This document shows, piece after piece, positions 8,398 through 17,210 of a stretch of DNA of 64,000 nt. The stretch covers positions 65,429 to 129,428 of the forward strand of contig NZ_JAPSIY010000008.1 of the NCBI RefSeq assembly GCF_031178445.1. The letters are read 5' to 3'. The notes beneath the pieces were generated by a model. The model saw only the letters and a list, made by a program, of their open reading frames with translations, was not told the DNA's origin and searched no databases. Made by a program: the position numbers and the translations under genes. Source of the stretch: Microbacterium sp. (lineage in GTDB: Bacteria; Actinomycetota; Actinomycetes; Actinomycetales; Microbacteriaceae). Numbering within the stretch: position 1 is the stretch's first letter; every line of letters begins with the position of its first letter.

Positions 8398-9693
8398 ATG
8401 ACCGATTCCCCCCTGCCCGAAGTCGTCGAGATCGCACGCGACCTGATCCGCATCGACACCTCCAACTGGGGAGGCGGCAAGGCCAACGGGGAACGCGAAG
8501 CCGCCGAGTACGTCGGTGCCTACCTCGAACGACTGGGGCTGGAGCCCGATTACCACGAGCCGGTCCCTCGACGCACGAACGTGATGGCCCGAGTGCGGGG
8601 CCGCAATCCCGAGCGTCCAGCGCTGGTCGTCCACGGTCACCTCGACGTCGTACCCGCGGTGGCGGAGGACTGGAGCGTCGACCCGTTCGCCGGGGTGGTC
8701 AAGGACGGGCTGCTGTGGGGTCGCGGCGCTGTGGACATGAAGAACATGGACGCCATGATCCTCACCGCCGTCAGCGACATGCTGCGCGCGGGGGAGCAGC
8801 CCGAGCGCGACCTCATCGTCGCGTTCTTCGCCGATGAGGAGAACGGCGGCGTTGAAGGCTCCGCTCTCGTCGTCAAGGACAAGCCCGAGTGGTTCGCCGG
8901 CGCGACGGAGGCGATCAGCGAGGTCGGCGGGTACTCCATCACCGTCGATGATCGCAGGGCATATCTGCTCCAGGTGGGTGAGAAGGCGCTGATGTGGCTG
9001 CGCCTCGTCGCCAAGGGCCGCGCCGGGCACGGCAGCCGTTACCACGAGGACAACGCCGTGACGAGGCTCGCCGAGGCCGTGGCTGCCATCGGGCGCACCC
9101 GCTGGCCGATCCACCTCACTCCCACCACGCGCGCCCTGCTCGCTGGCCTGAGCGCGCTCACCGGCAGGCCTGTCGACGATCCGGATTCGCTGGCGGCCGC
9201 GTCCGGCCCCGCCGAGGCGTTCCTGCGCTCGACGTTCCGAACCACCGCCAACCCGACCGCGCTCACCGCCGGCTACAAGCACAACGTGATTCCCGAGACC
9301 GCCGAGGCTCTCATCGACGTGCGTGTCATCCCCGGTACCGAAGACGACGTGATCGCCGAGCTGCAGCGCATCGTCGGAGACGGCGTCGAGATCCAGACCG
9401 TCGTGCGCGACATCGGCATGGAGACGCCGTTCGAGGGCGATCTCGTCGATCAGATGGTCGCGGCGCTGGGCAGGCACGATCCCGGAGTTCCCGTGATCCC
9501 GTACCTGCTGGGCGCGGGAACCGACAACAAGGCGCTCGCATCGATCGGCATAACCGGCTACGGCTTCGCGCCTCTGCGGCTGCCGGCCGACCTGGACTTC
9601 ACAGGAATGTTCCACGGAGTCGACGAGCGCGTGCCCGTAGAATCGCTTGTCTTCGGCCAGCGCGTGCTGGCCGATCTGCTGCGGTTCTGCTGA
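8398..9693 (+). CDS. M20/M25/M40 family metallopeptidase
   Basis: HGHLDVVP, GRGAVDMK, ADEE, GHGS, GAGTD, FHGVDERV. Confidence 0.92.
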   Translation: MTDSPLPEVVEIARDLIRIDTSNWGGGKANGEREAAEYVGAYLERLGLEPDYHEPVPRRTNVMARVRGRNPERPALVVHGHLDVVPAVAEDWSVDPFAGVVKDGLLWGRGAVDMKNMDAMILTAVSDMLRAGEQPERDLIVAFFADEENGGVEGSALVVKDKPEWFAGATEAISEVGGYSITVDDRRAYLLQVGEKALMWLRLVAKGRAGHGSRYHEDNAVTRLAEAVAAIGRTRWPIHLTPTTRALLAGLSALTGRPVDDPDSLAAASGPAEAFLRSTFRTTANPTALTAGYKHNVIPETAEALIDVRVIPGTEDDVIAELQRIVGDGVEIQTVVRDIGMETPFEGDLVDQMVAALGRHDPGVPVIPYLLGAGTDNKALASIGITGYGFAPLRLPADLDFTGMFHGVDERVPVESLVFGQRVLADLLRFC

Positions 9694-9750
9694 CCGGCAT
9701 CCGCCTGTGCGCGTCCTCCCGCGCCGACGTACCTCCCGAGAAAGCGACGC

Positions 9751-10581
9751 ATGAACCTGCTCGAAGCACTCATCCTCGGCATCGTGCAGGGACTCACCGA
9801 GTTCCTGCCGATCTCCTCCAGCGCGCACCTGCGGATACTCGGCGCGTTCCTGCCCTCCGGCGAGGACCCGGGGGCCGCTTTCACAGCGATCACGCAGATC
9901 GGCACCGAGGCGGCCGTGGTCGTGTTCTTCTGGCGCGACATCGTGCGGATCATCGGGCGGTGGTTCCGCTCGCTGGCCGGCTCAGTACCCCGCAACGACC
10001 CCGACGTGCGCATGGGATGGCTGATCATCCTCGGCAGCATCCCGATCGTGGTGCTCGGGCTGGTGTTCCAGGACAGGATCGAGACCGTGCTCCGCTCGCT
10101 ATGGCTCGTCGCGATCATGCTGATCGGTTTCGGCCTGCTGCTCGGCATCGCCGACTACGTGGGCGCCAAGAAGCGCAAGCTGAACGACCTGACCTACCCG
10201 CACGGCGTCGCGTTCGGGTTCGCGCAGTCACTCGCACTGGTGCCAGGCGTCTCGCGGTCCGGCGGCACCATCACGATGGGTCTCTTCCTCGGCTACGAAC
10301 GCGCCGCCGCCGCGCGGTACGCGTTCCTGCTGGCGATCCCGGCGGTGTTCGGCAGCGGCTTCTACCAGCTGTTCAAGCACTGGGACGACCCCGAGCAGCA
10401 CTTCACCCTGTTCGAGACGTTCGCCGCGACAGGGATCGCGTTCGTGGTGGCGCTCGGTGTGATCGCCTTCTTCATGAACTGGATATCGAAGCGCAGCTTC
10501 CTGCCCTTCGTCATCTACCGTGTGCTGCTGGGTGCGACGATCATCGTCCTGCTGTCGACGGGGGTCATCCCGGCGACGTGA
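9751..10581 (+). CDS. uppP: Undecaprenyl-diphosphate phosphatase
   Basis: [23 protein letters not shown], multi-TM. Confidence 0.95.
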   Translation: MNLLEALILGIVQGLTEFLPISSSAHLRILGAFLPSGEDPGAAFTAITQIGTEAAVVVFFWRDIVRIIGRWFRSLAGSVPRNDPDVRMGWLIILGSIPIVVLGLVFQDRIETVLRSLWLVAIMLIGFGLLLGIADYVGAKKRKLNDLTYPHGVAFGFAQSLALVPGVSRSGGTITMGLFLGYERAAAARYAFLLAIPAVFGSGFYQLFKHWDDPEQHFTLFETFAATGIAFVVALGVIAFFMNWISKRSFLPFVIYRVLLGATIIVLLSTGVIPAT

Positions 10582-10589
10582 CGTCCCGC

Positions 10590-11432
10590 TCAGCGCTTCT
10601 CCGGCCCGTCGCCGCGACGGCGGAGGTAGCGCTCGAATGCCTGGGCGATCGCATCGCCGGAGGCGTCGGGGGAGTCCCACGTGTCTCGGGTGCGCTCGAG
10701 CTGGCGGATGTACTCGGTCATATCCTCGTCCTCGGCCGCGGCGGCATCGATAGACGCCTCCCACGCCGCGGCCTCGGTCCGCAGGTGCTCGCGCTCGGGG
10801 CCCACCCCGGTGAGCTCCTCGAGCCGGTCCAGCAGCGCCAGCGTCGCCTTGGGCGACGGGGCGGCGGTGGCGACGTAGTGCGGCACGCTCGCCCACAGGC
10901 TCGCCGTCGGGATGTCGACCCGCTCGGCGAAGTGCTCGAAGACGCTCAGGATGCCGACAGGTCCTTCGTATGTGGACTTCTCCAGCCCTTGCGTCTCGCG
11001 CAGACGCTCGTTCTGGCTCGAGGCGAACACCGAGATCGGTCGTGTGTGCGGCACGTCGGACAGCATCGCCCCTAGGGTGATGAATCCGGTGATGTCATCG
11101 CGCAGCGCGACATCGATGAACTCGTTCGCGAAGGCCTGCCAGGCACGTGCCGGCTCCGAGCCGGTCAGCAGCCAGATCTCGGTTCCGTCATGCGAAGGCG
11201 AAGGTCGCCACAGGGTCGCCTCCGGCCAGTGCAGCTCTCGCCGCCCGCTCGCATCCATCCTGCTCGCCGGTCGCGTGTACTGGTAGTCGAAGTACAGTTC
11301 GGGATCGACGCTGTGCACCCGGGTGTACTCCGCCGACGCGCGCAACGCGGCGATGGCGCCGCTGGCTGCTTCACCTGCGTCGTTCCAGCCGTCGAACGCG
11401 GCGACGATGATGCGAGAACCGAGAACGTCCAC
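10590..11432 (-). CDS. PAC2 family (proteasome assembly chaperone-like) protein
   Basis: AAFDGWNDAGEAAS, LYFDYQYTRP, GSEP, LSDVPHTRP, WASVPHY; RBS AAGGAG. Confidence 0.9.
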   Translation of the reverse strand: MDVLGSRIIVAAFDGWNDAGEAASGAIAALRASAEYTRVHSVDPELYFDYQYTRPASRMDASGRRELHWPEATLWRPSPSHDGTEIWLLTGSEPARAWQAFANEFIDVALRDDITGFITLGAMLSDVPHTRPISVFASSQNERLRETQGLEKSTYEGPVGILSVFEHFAERVDIPTASLWASVPHYVATAAPSPKATLALLDRLEELTGVGPEREHLRTEAAAWEASIDAAAAEDEDMTEYIRQLERTRDTWDSPDASGDAIAQAFERYLRRRGDGPEKR

Positions 11433-11520
11433 CGCTCTCCTTCCGATCGGTGCGGAGGTATCCCTCAAGGCTAGTCCTCGCGGGCCGGCAGGGCACGGAC
11501 GCCCAGCTAGCATGGGTACG

Positions 11521-12195
11521 GTGATCAGACCCAGCGCAGTCCTGTGGGACATGGACGGTACCCTCGTCGACACCGAACCGTACTGGATGGCGGCCGAGAC
11601 CGAGCTCGTCGCCTCCTACGGCGGCAACTGGACCCACGACGACGCTCTGCAGCTGGTCGGCAAGGGTCTGATCGACAGCGCCGAGATCCTGCGCGGTCGT
11701 GGCGTCGACATGCAGCCCGAGTCGATCGTGCAGCATCTGACCGACCAGGTCACCGCGCGGCTGCGGACCGATGGCGTGCCGTTCCGTCCCGGCGCACGCG
11801 CCCTGCTCGCCGACCTCAGGGAGAAGGGTGTGCCGACGGCCCTCGTGACGATGTCGATGCGCCGCATGGCGCTCGACGTCGTCGAGCTCATCGACTTCAC
11901 CGCGTTCGACCTCGTCGTCGCCGGAGACGATGTGTCCCGCCCGAAGCCGTACGCGGACCCCTATCTGCAGGCGGCCGAGCAGCTCGGAATCGAGATCGCC
12001 GACGCCGTCGTTATCGAGGACTCTGTCACCGGCGTCACCGCAGGCGTCGCCTCCGGCGCCGTGACGCTGGGCGTGCCGCACATCCTCTCGCTCGAGGACT
12101 CCGGCGCTCACGAGCTGTGGCCGACCCTCGAGGGGCGAACCGCCTCCGACCTCCGCGACCTGCACGCACGCTTCACGATGGAGACCACGCGATGA
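11521..12195 (+). CDS. HAD family phosphatase
   Basis: WDMDGTLVDTE, KPYADPY, IEDSVTG. Confidence 0.9.
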   Translation: MIRPSAVLWDMDGTLVDTEPYWMAAETELVASYGGNWTHDDALQLVGKGLIDSAEILRGRGVDMQPESIVQHLTDQVTARLRTDGVPFRPGARALLADLREKGVPTALVTMSMRRMALDVVELIDFTAFDLVVAGDDVSRPKPYADPYLQAAEQLGIEIADAVVIEDSVTGVTAGVASGAVTLGVPHILSLEDSGAHELWPTLEGRTASDLRDLHARFTMETTR

Positions 12196-13202
12196 GCACC
12201 AGCCGACCCAGCGGCCCCTTCCGTGAGGGAGACCGCGTTCAGCTCACCGGCCCGAAGGGGCGCCTGCACACCGTCACGCTCCGCGCCGACGGGGAGCTCC
12301 ACACGCATCACGGAGTGCTGCGCCACCGCGATCTGATAGGGCAGGCGGACGGATCGGTCGTGACCAACAGCTCCGGGCACGACTATCTCGCCCTGCGTCC
12401 GCTTCTGCGCGACTTCGCCATGTCGATGCCGCGCGGAGCGGCGATCGTCTACCCGAAGGATGCCGCCCAGATCGTCATGCAGGCCGACATCTTCCCGGGA
12501 GCGACCGTGGTGGAGGCCGGCGTCGGCTCCGGTGCGCTGTCGCTCGCCCTCCTTCGGGCCATCGGTGCGGACGGCCGATTGGCCTCCTTCGAGCGTCGCG
12601 AGGACTTCGCGGAGGTCGCCAGGGCGAACGTCGAGACGTTCTTCGGCGAATCGCCTGCGACGTGGGAGGTCGTCGTCGGCGACCTCGCCGAGCAGCTGCC
12701 GAACCAGTTCGAGCCCGGCACGGTCGATCGCGTCGTGCTCGACATGCTTGCTCCCTGGGACTGCATCGACGTCGTCGCAGATGCGCTGACACCGGGCGGC
12801 GTGGTGATCTGCTACATCGCCACCGCGACCCAGCTCTCCCGCGTGGCCGAGTACATCCGGGGCACCGGGCTGTTCACCGAGCCCGATGCGTCGGAGACCA
12901 TGGTCCGAGGGTGGCACGTCGAGGGTCTCGCCGTACGACCCGACCACCGCATGGTCGCCCACACGGGATTCCTGCTCACGGCCCGGCGGCTCGCACCGGG
13001 CGCCGTGCCCCCCGAGGTGCGCCGACGCGCCTCCAAGTCGAGCTACGGCGACGAGGATGTCGAACTCTGGACCCCCGGCGCCGTCGGCGATCGCGAGATC
13101 ACGGACAAGAACCTGCGCAAGCGGGTGCGCGAGGCGCAGAAGGCCGCTTCTGGTGCACGCGTCGCGGCCGAGTCGCGCGAGCGGGAGCAGGCATCGGAAT
13201 AG
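12192..13202 (+). CDS. trmI: tRNA (adenine58-N1)-methyltransferase
   Basis: MPRGAAIVYPKDAAQI, EAGVGSGALS, VLDMLAPW, RPDHRMVAHTGFL. Confidence 0.95.
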   Translation: MSTSRPSGPFREGDRVQLTGPKGRLHTVTLRADGELHTHHGVLRHRDLIGQADGSVVTNSSGHDYLALRPLLRDFAMSMPRGAAIVYPKDAAQIVMQADIFPGATVVEAGVGSGALSLALLRAIGADGRLASFERREDFAEVARANVETFFGESPATWEVVVGDLAEQLPNQFEPGTVDRVVLDMLAPWDCIDVVADALTPGGVVICYIATATQLSRVAEYIRGTGLFTEPDASETMVRGWHVEGLAVRPDHRMVAHTGFLLTARRLAPGAVPPEVRRRASKSSYGDEDVELWTPGAVGDREITDKNLRKRVREAQKAASGARVAAESREREQASE

Positions 13203-13212
13203 ACTGGGGCGC

Positions 13213-14124
13213 GTGCGTAAAACGACCGCTGCCTTCTCCGCCATCGCCCTTGCCGCCTTCGCCCTGACCGGCTGCGCTGCAGCCCCAGGGAACGACGGCG
13301 CGGACTGCGCGCCGCGCGAGAGCTCGACCACGCTCGCGTCATCGGCGAAGGTCAGCGGCGACCTCGGCTCGCCGAAGCTCGACCTCGATCGTCCGGTTCG
13401 CACCTCCAAGCTGTCGTATGTCGACGCCATCGAGGGCGAAGGGCGCGCGGTCGCTGAAGAGACGCAGAGCGCGATCGTCACCCTGGCCCTCCACAACGGC
13501 GCGAGCGGCGAGGTCCTGCAGCAGGGCGTCGGGCTGTGGAGCCCCGAGAGCCTTTCGCAGCAGCTTCCCGGCGTGGGCGAGGTTCTGGAGTGCGTCACGG
13601 CCGGGAGCCGCGTCATCGCCTCGATTCCGGCTGCGAGCCTTCCGGAGGGCATGGCAGCGCAGGTCGGTCTTCAGCCCGGCGACAGCCTGGTCGGCGTGTT
13701 CGATGTGCACGACGTGCTGCACACCAGCGCGGAGGGCCGGGACGTTTTCAACGATGCGAGCGGTCTGCCCACAGTCGTCCGTGCAGCTGACGGTCGTCCC
13801 GGGGTCATCATCCCCGATGGCGACGCTCCCAAGGACGCGGTCATGCAGACGCTGATCGAGGGCGAAGGCGACGAGGTCGGCGACGCGGTTCCGCTGTTCA
13901 ACTTCACGGCCGTGAGCTGGTCGGACCGCAGCGTGACCGCGTCGAACTGGGGAGAGAGCGTGTCGTCGAGCACGAGCGGCCTGCCCGAGCAGGTCGTCGA
14001 GGCTATGAAGAAGGCCGCCATCGGATCGCAGCTGCTCGTGGTCGTGCCCGGCGAGGACAGCGATGCCACCGCGTACGTCGTCGACGTCCTCGGCGTGATC
14101 CCGGAAGAGCTGACTCAGGGATGA
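13213..14124 (+). CDS. Lipoprotein with two degenerate FKBP-like domains
   Basis: Lipobox LTGC; GSRVIASIP and GSQLLVVVP strands of the FKBP fold; position directly upstream of pafB. Confidence 0.7.
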   Translation: MRKTTAAFSAIALAAFALTGCAAAPGNDGADCAPRESSTTLASSAKVSGDLGSPKLDLDRPVRTSKLSYVDAIEGEGRAVAEETQSAIVTLALHNGASGEVLQQGVGLWSPESLSQQLPGVGEVLECVTAGSRVIASIPAASLPEGMAAQVGLQPGDSLVGVFDVHDVLHTSAEGRDVFNDASGLPTVVRAADGRPGVIIPDGDAPKDAVMQTLIEGEGDEVGDAVPLFNFTAVSWSDRSVTASNWGESVSSSTSGLPEQVVEAMKKAAIGSQLLVVVPGEDSDATAYVVDVLGVIPEELTQG

Positions 14125-15116
14125 CAGCGGTTCGCATCCCCGCGGAGGAGCGCCTGACGAATCTCGTTGTGGCGCTGATGGCCACGGAGATCGGCCTCAC
14201 CAAACAGCAGATCCTCGACAACGTCTCGGGGTACCGTCAGCGCGCGGAGGCCGGCGCGAAGTCGGACGCGCTCGAGAAGATGTTCGAGCGCGACAAGGAC
14301 GAGCTCCGTGCGCTCGGCATCCCCGTCGAGACGATCGGCGATCCGACCGATCCGCAGGATCTCCGCGAGGCCCGCTACCGCATCCCGCTCGCCGAGTACG
14401 ACCTTCCCGCCGACATCGAGTTCACTGCGGCAGAGCTGGCCGTGCTGCGGCTCGCCGGAAGCGTCTGGAGCGCTGGATCGGTGTCGACGGATGCGCAGTC
14501 CGGCGTGCGCAAGATCCGCGCGCTCGGCATCGACGGCGATGAGCAGATCATCGGCTTCGCACCGCGCATCACCGCGAGGGACGCCGCGTTCCCCGCGCTG
14601 CAGGCCGGCATCGAGAGGTGCAGGGTCGTGGTGTTCGACTACCTCAAGCCGGGGGAGGCCGCGCCCACCCGTCGCCGCATCCGACCGCTCGCACTCGTCG
14701 AGTATGAAGCGCGCTGGCATGTCTATGGTTTCGACCTGGATGCCGACGCCGACCGCACCTTCCTGCTGAGCCGGGTCGTCAGCGACGTGAAGGTCACGGG
14801 ACAGACCTTCGACGCGGCGCTGCGCGATGGCGCAGCGGAGAGGGCTCTCGCCGGGCTGAAGGCGGTGGCCGAGTCGCAGCAGGCTCTTCTCGAGGTCACG
14901 CCCGGCACGGAAGCGGCGTTGCGCCTGGGGCGCAAGGCGACCCCTGCGAGACAGGGCATCCATGTCCCATATGTCGATCGACACATCTTCGCCGATGAGC
15001 TCGCTTCGTACGGCCCTGAGGTGCGTGTGGTCGAGCCCGCCGACCTGAGGGATGCCGTCATCGAGCGGCTCCAAGCCATCGCCGCACGTCATTCCGATGA
15101 GGGGGGTCCCGCATGA
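14121..15116 (+). CDS. pafB: WYL-domain transcriptional regulator PafB
   Basis: ERLTNLVVAL, KMFERDKDELRALG, RTFLLSRV; synteny pafB-pafC-tatA-tatC-helY. Confidence 0.92.
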   Translation: MTAVRIPAEERLTNLVVALMATEIGLTKQQILDNVSGYRQRAEAGAKSDALEKMFERDKDELRALGIPVETIGDPTDPQDLREARYRIPLAEYDLPADIEFTAAELAVLRLAGSVWSAGSVSTDAQSGVRKIRALGIDGDEQIIGFAPRITARDAAFPALQAGIERCRVVVFDYLKPGEAAPTRRRIRPLALVEYEARWHVYGFDLDADADRTFLLSRVVSDVKVTGQTFDAALRDGAAERALAGLKAVAESQQALLEVTPGTEAALRLGRKATPARQGIHVPYVDRHIFADELASYGPEVRVVEPADLRDAVIERLQAIAARHSDEGGPA

Positions 15117-16096
15117 GCCGGTCCAGTCAGCCGCTGCTCGCAGCGGACCGCGTCCGCCTTTATCTCACTCTCGTGCCCTACCTGATCGAGCGCGGTCAGG
15201 TGACGCTCGACGAGGCTGCCGCCGACTTCGACGTGTCCCCGGCCGAGATGCGGTCGATGGTCGAGAAGCTGACCGTGATCGGCCTGCCCGGCGACTCGGG
15301 GTACTGGCAGCTGCCGCAGGAGATGTTCGACATCGACTGGGATCTGCTCGACGAGCATGACGTCATCGAGATCACCAACGACGTCGCGCTTCGTCGCGTG
15401 CCCCGATTCACGGCCCGAGAAGCGGCGGCTCTGCTCGCAGGCCTCCAGATAGTCGCCTCTGTTCCCGCAGTGTCGGAGTCCGGCCTGGTCTCGGGGCTGA
15501 TGGCCAAGCTCTCCAAGGGTTCCGCCGACGCCCCGCCCGATCTCGTGGTCGCCCCCGTCGCGGTGAGCGAGGTTCAGACCGTCGTCTCCCGCGCGCTGCA
15601 CGAAGGCGTCGCCGTGTGCTTCACCTATCAGGCGCCGGACGCAGAGCCCACGACCCGCACCGTGGATCCGATGCAGATCCTCATCACGAACGGTCAGTGG
15701 TACCTGCAGGGCTGGTGCCATCTGCGTCAGGCGATGCGCACTTTCCACCTCGACAGGGTGAGCGATCCGAAGCTGACGGACATCGCCATCACCCATCGTG
15801 ACGTGGCGGTGCCGGAGGCGTTCGGTCAGGATGCCGCCGCGGGTGAGGTCACCGTGCGACTGCCCGAGCGCCTGAGCGCTCTGCTGGACGGGTTCACGCG
15901 TGAAGAGGTCTCGCGCACGGACGGCTGCCTCACCGTGCGACTGCGCATGGCGGACCCTCGTGGGATCAAACGCATCGCCGCTCGATTCGGGGGAGCCCTC
16001 GAGGTGGTGGACCCGGGTATCGGGCGGGCCGCCACACGCGAATGGGCCGAAGCGGGGCTCGCGCTTTACCGTGCGTCCTCCGCCGCCGTTGTGTAG
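15113..16096 (+). CDS. pafC: WYL-domain transcriptional regulator PafC
   Basis: LVPYL, GLPG, WYLQGWCHLRQAMRTFHLDRV; 4-nt overlap with pafB. Confidence 0.92.
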   Translation: MSRSSQPLLAADRVRLYLTLVPYLIERGQVTLDEAAADFDVSPAEMRSMVEKLTVIGLPGDSGYWQLPQEMFDIDWDLLDEHDVIEITNDVALRRVPRFTAREAAALLAGLQIVASVPAVSESGLVSGLMAKLSKGSADAPPDLVVAPVAVSEVQTVVSRALHEGVAVCFTYQAPDAEPTTRTVDPMQILITNGQWYLQGWCHLRQAMRTFHLDRVSDPKLTDIAITHRDVAVPEAFGQDAAAGEVTVRLPERLSALLDGFTREEVSRTDGCLTVRLRMADPRGIKRIAARFGGALEVVDPGIGRAATREWAEAGLALYRASSAAVV

Positions 16097-16134
16097 GTAG
16101 ACTGAACGAAACCACCTACTTTTAGGAGTACGAC

Positions 16135-16383
16135 ATGTTCGGCAATCTCAACGGCTGGCACCTGGTCATCCTCCTCGTCGTCATCCTTCTGCTCTTCGGC
16201 GCGGCAAAGCTGCCTGCGCTGGCCAAGAGCATGGGCCAGTCGGCTCGCGTCTTCAAGGGCGAGATGAAGGCGATGCGCGAAGAGGACGCGTCTGCGGACG
16301 CCTCGAAGACCGATGACCAGGCGGCAACGCAGGCTTCGACGTCCGAGACGCCCTCGCCGTCCTCTGATCGTCCCTCCAGCTGA
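16135..16383 (+). CDS. tatA: Twin-arginine translocase TatA
   Basis: LLFGAAKLPALAKSMGQSARVFK; RBS AGGAG. Confidence 0.95.
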   Translation: MFGNLNGWHLVILLVVILLLFGAAKLPALAKSMGQSARVFKGEMKAMREEDASADASKTDDQAATQASTSETPSPSSDRPSS

Positions 16384-16388
16384 CGGTC

Positions 16389-17210
16389 GTGGCAGCGGCA
16401 GGGTCCCGCGGCGCCACGGATAAGAAGCCAGAGCGCGCTGAGCGGCGCATGTCGCTCGGTGCGCATCTGCTCGAGTTCCGTCGCCGCCTCATGCTCGCGG
16501 CGGCGGGCCTTCTGGTCGGGATGATCGTCGCGTTCCTCGTGACGGATCCGATCATCGCGTTCATCGTCGAGCCGGTCAACAAGATCGCCGAGGAACGGGA
16601 TGCCCTGGTGGGGCTGACCTTCAACTCGGTCACCGAACCGTTCGATCTCCGCATGCGCATGGCGTTCTCGATCGGCATCTTCCTCTCGGCACCCATCTGG
16701 ATGTGGCAGATCTGGGCTTTCGTGATGCCCGGCCTGACGCGCAAAGAGATCAAGTACACGCTGGGATTCATGGCTGCCGCGATCCCGCTGTTCTTCGCCG
16801 GTTGCTACGTCGGCACGCTCGTCGTCCCGCATGTCATCGAGCTGATGGCGAACTTCACCCCCGAGGGGGCGAACAACCTCTACTCCGCGAAGATGTACTA
16901 CGACTTCGTGTTCAAGATGATGATGGTGATCGGCGTGGCCTTCGTGCTGCCTGTCTTCCTCGTCGCGTTGAACTTCGCCGGCATCATGTCGGGGCGCGCG
17001 ATCCTGAAGGGCTGGCGTGTGGCGGTGCTCATCGCGACGACCTTCGCGGCGCTGGCAACGCCGGCTGCGGATGTCGTCAGCATGCTGATGCTGGCGGGAA
17101 TGCTCATCGTGCTGTACTTCGCGGCAGCGGGGCTCTCGGTTCTCCTCGACCGCCGTAAGCGCAAGCAGCGGATCGCCGCCGGACTCGATCCCGACATCGC
17201 CACGGCATGA
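16389..17210 (+). CDS. tatC: Twin-arginine translocase TatC
   Basis: MSLGAHLLEFRRRL, WQIWAFVMPGL, ATPAAD. Confidence 0.95.
   Translation: MAAAGSRGATDKKPERAERRMSLGAHLLEFRRRLMLAAAGLLVGMIVAFLVTDPIIAFIVEPVNKIAEERDALVGLTFNSVTEPFDLRMRMAFSIGIFLSAPIWMWQIWAFVMPGLTRKEIKYTLGFMAAAIPLFFAGCYVGTLVVPHVIELMANFTPEGANNLYSAKMYYDFVFKMMMVIGVAFVLPVFLVALNFAGIMSGRAILKGWRVAVLIATTFAALATPAADVVSMLMLAGMLIVLYFAAAGLSVLLDRRKRKQRIAAGLDPDIATA

Noticed and set aside
16093-16119. GTAGGT-N15-ACCTAC inverted repeat over the tatA -10
   Set aside because: Only 6 bp with a long spacer and no second instance.
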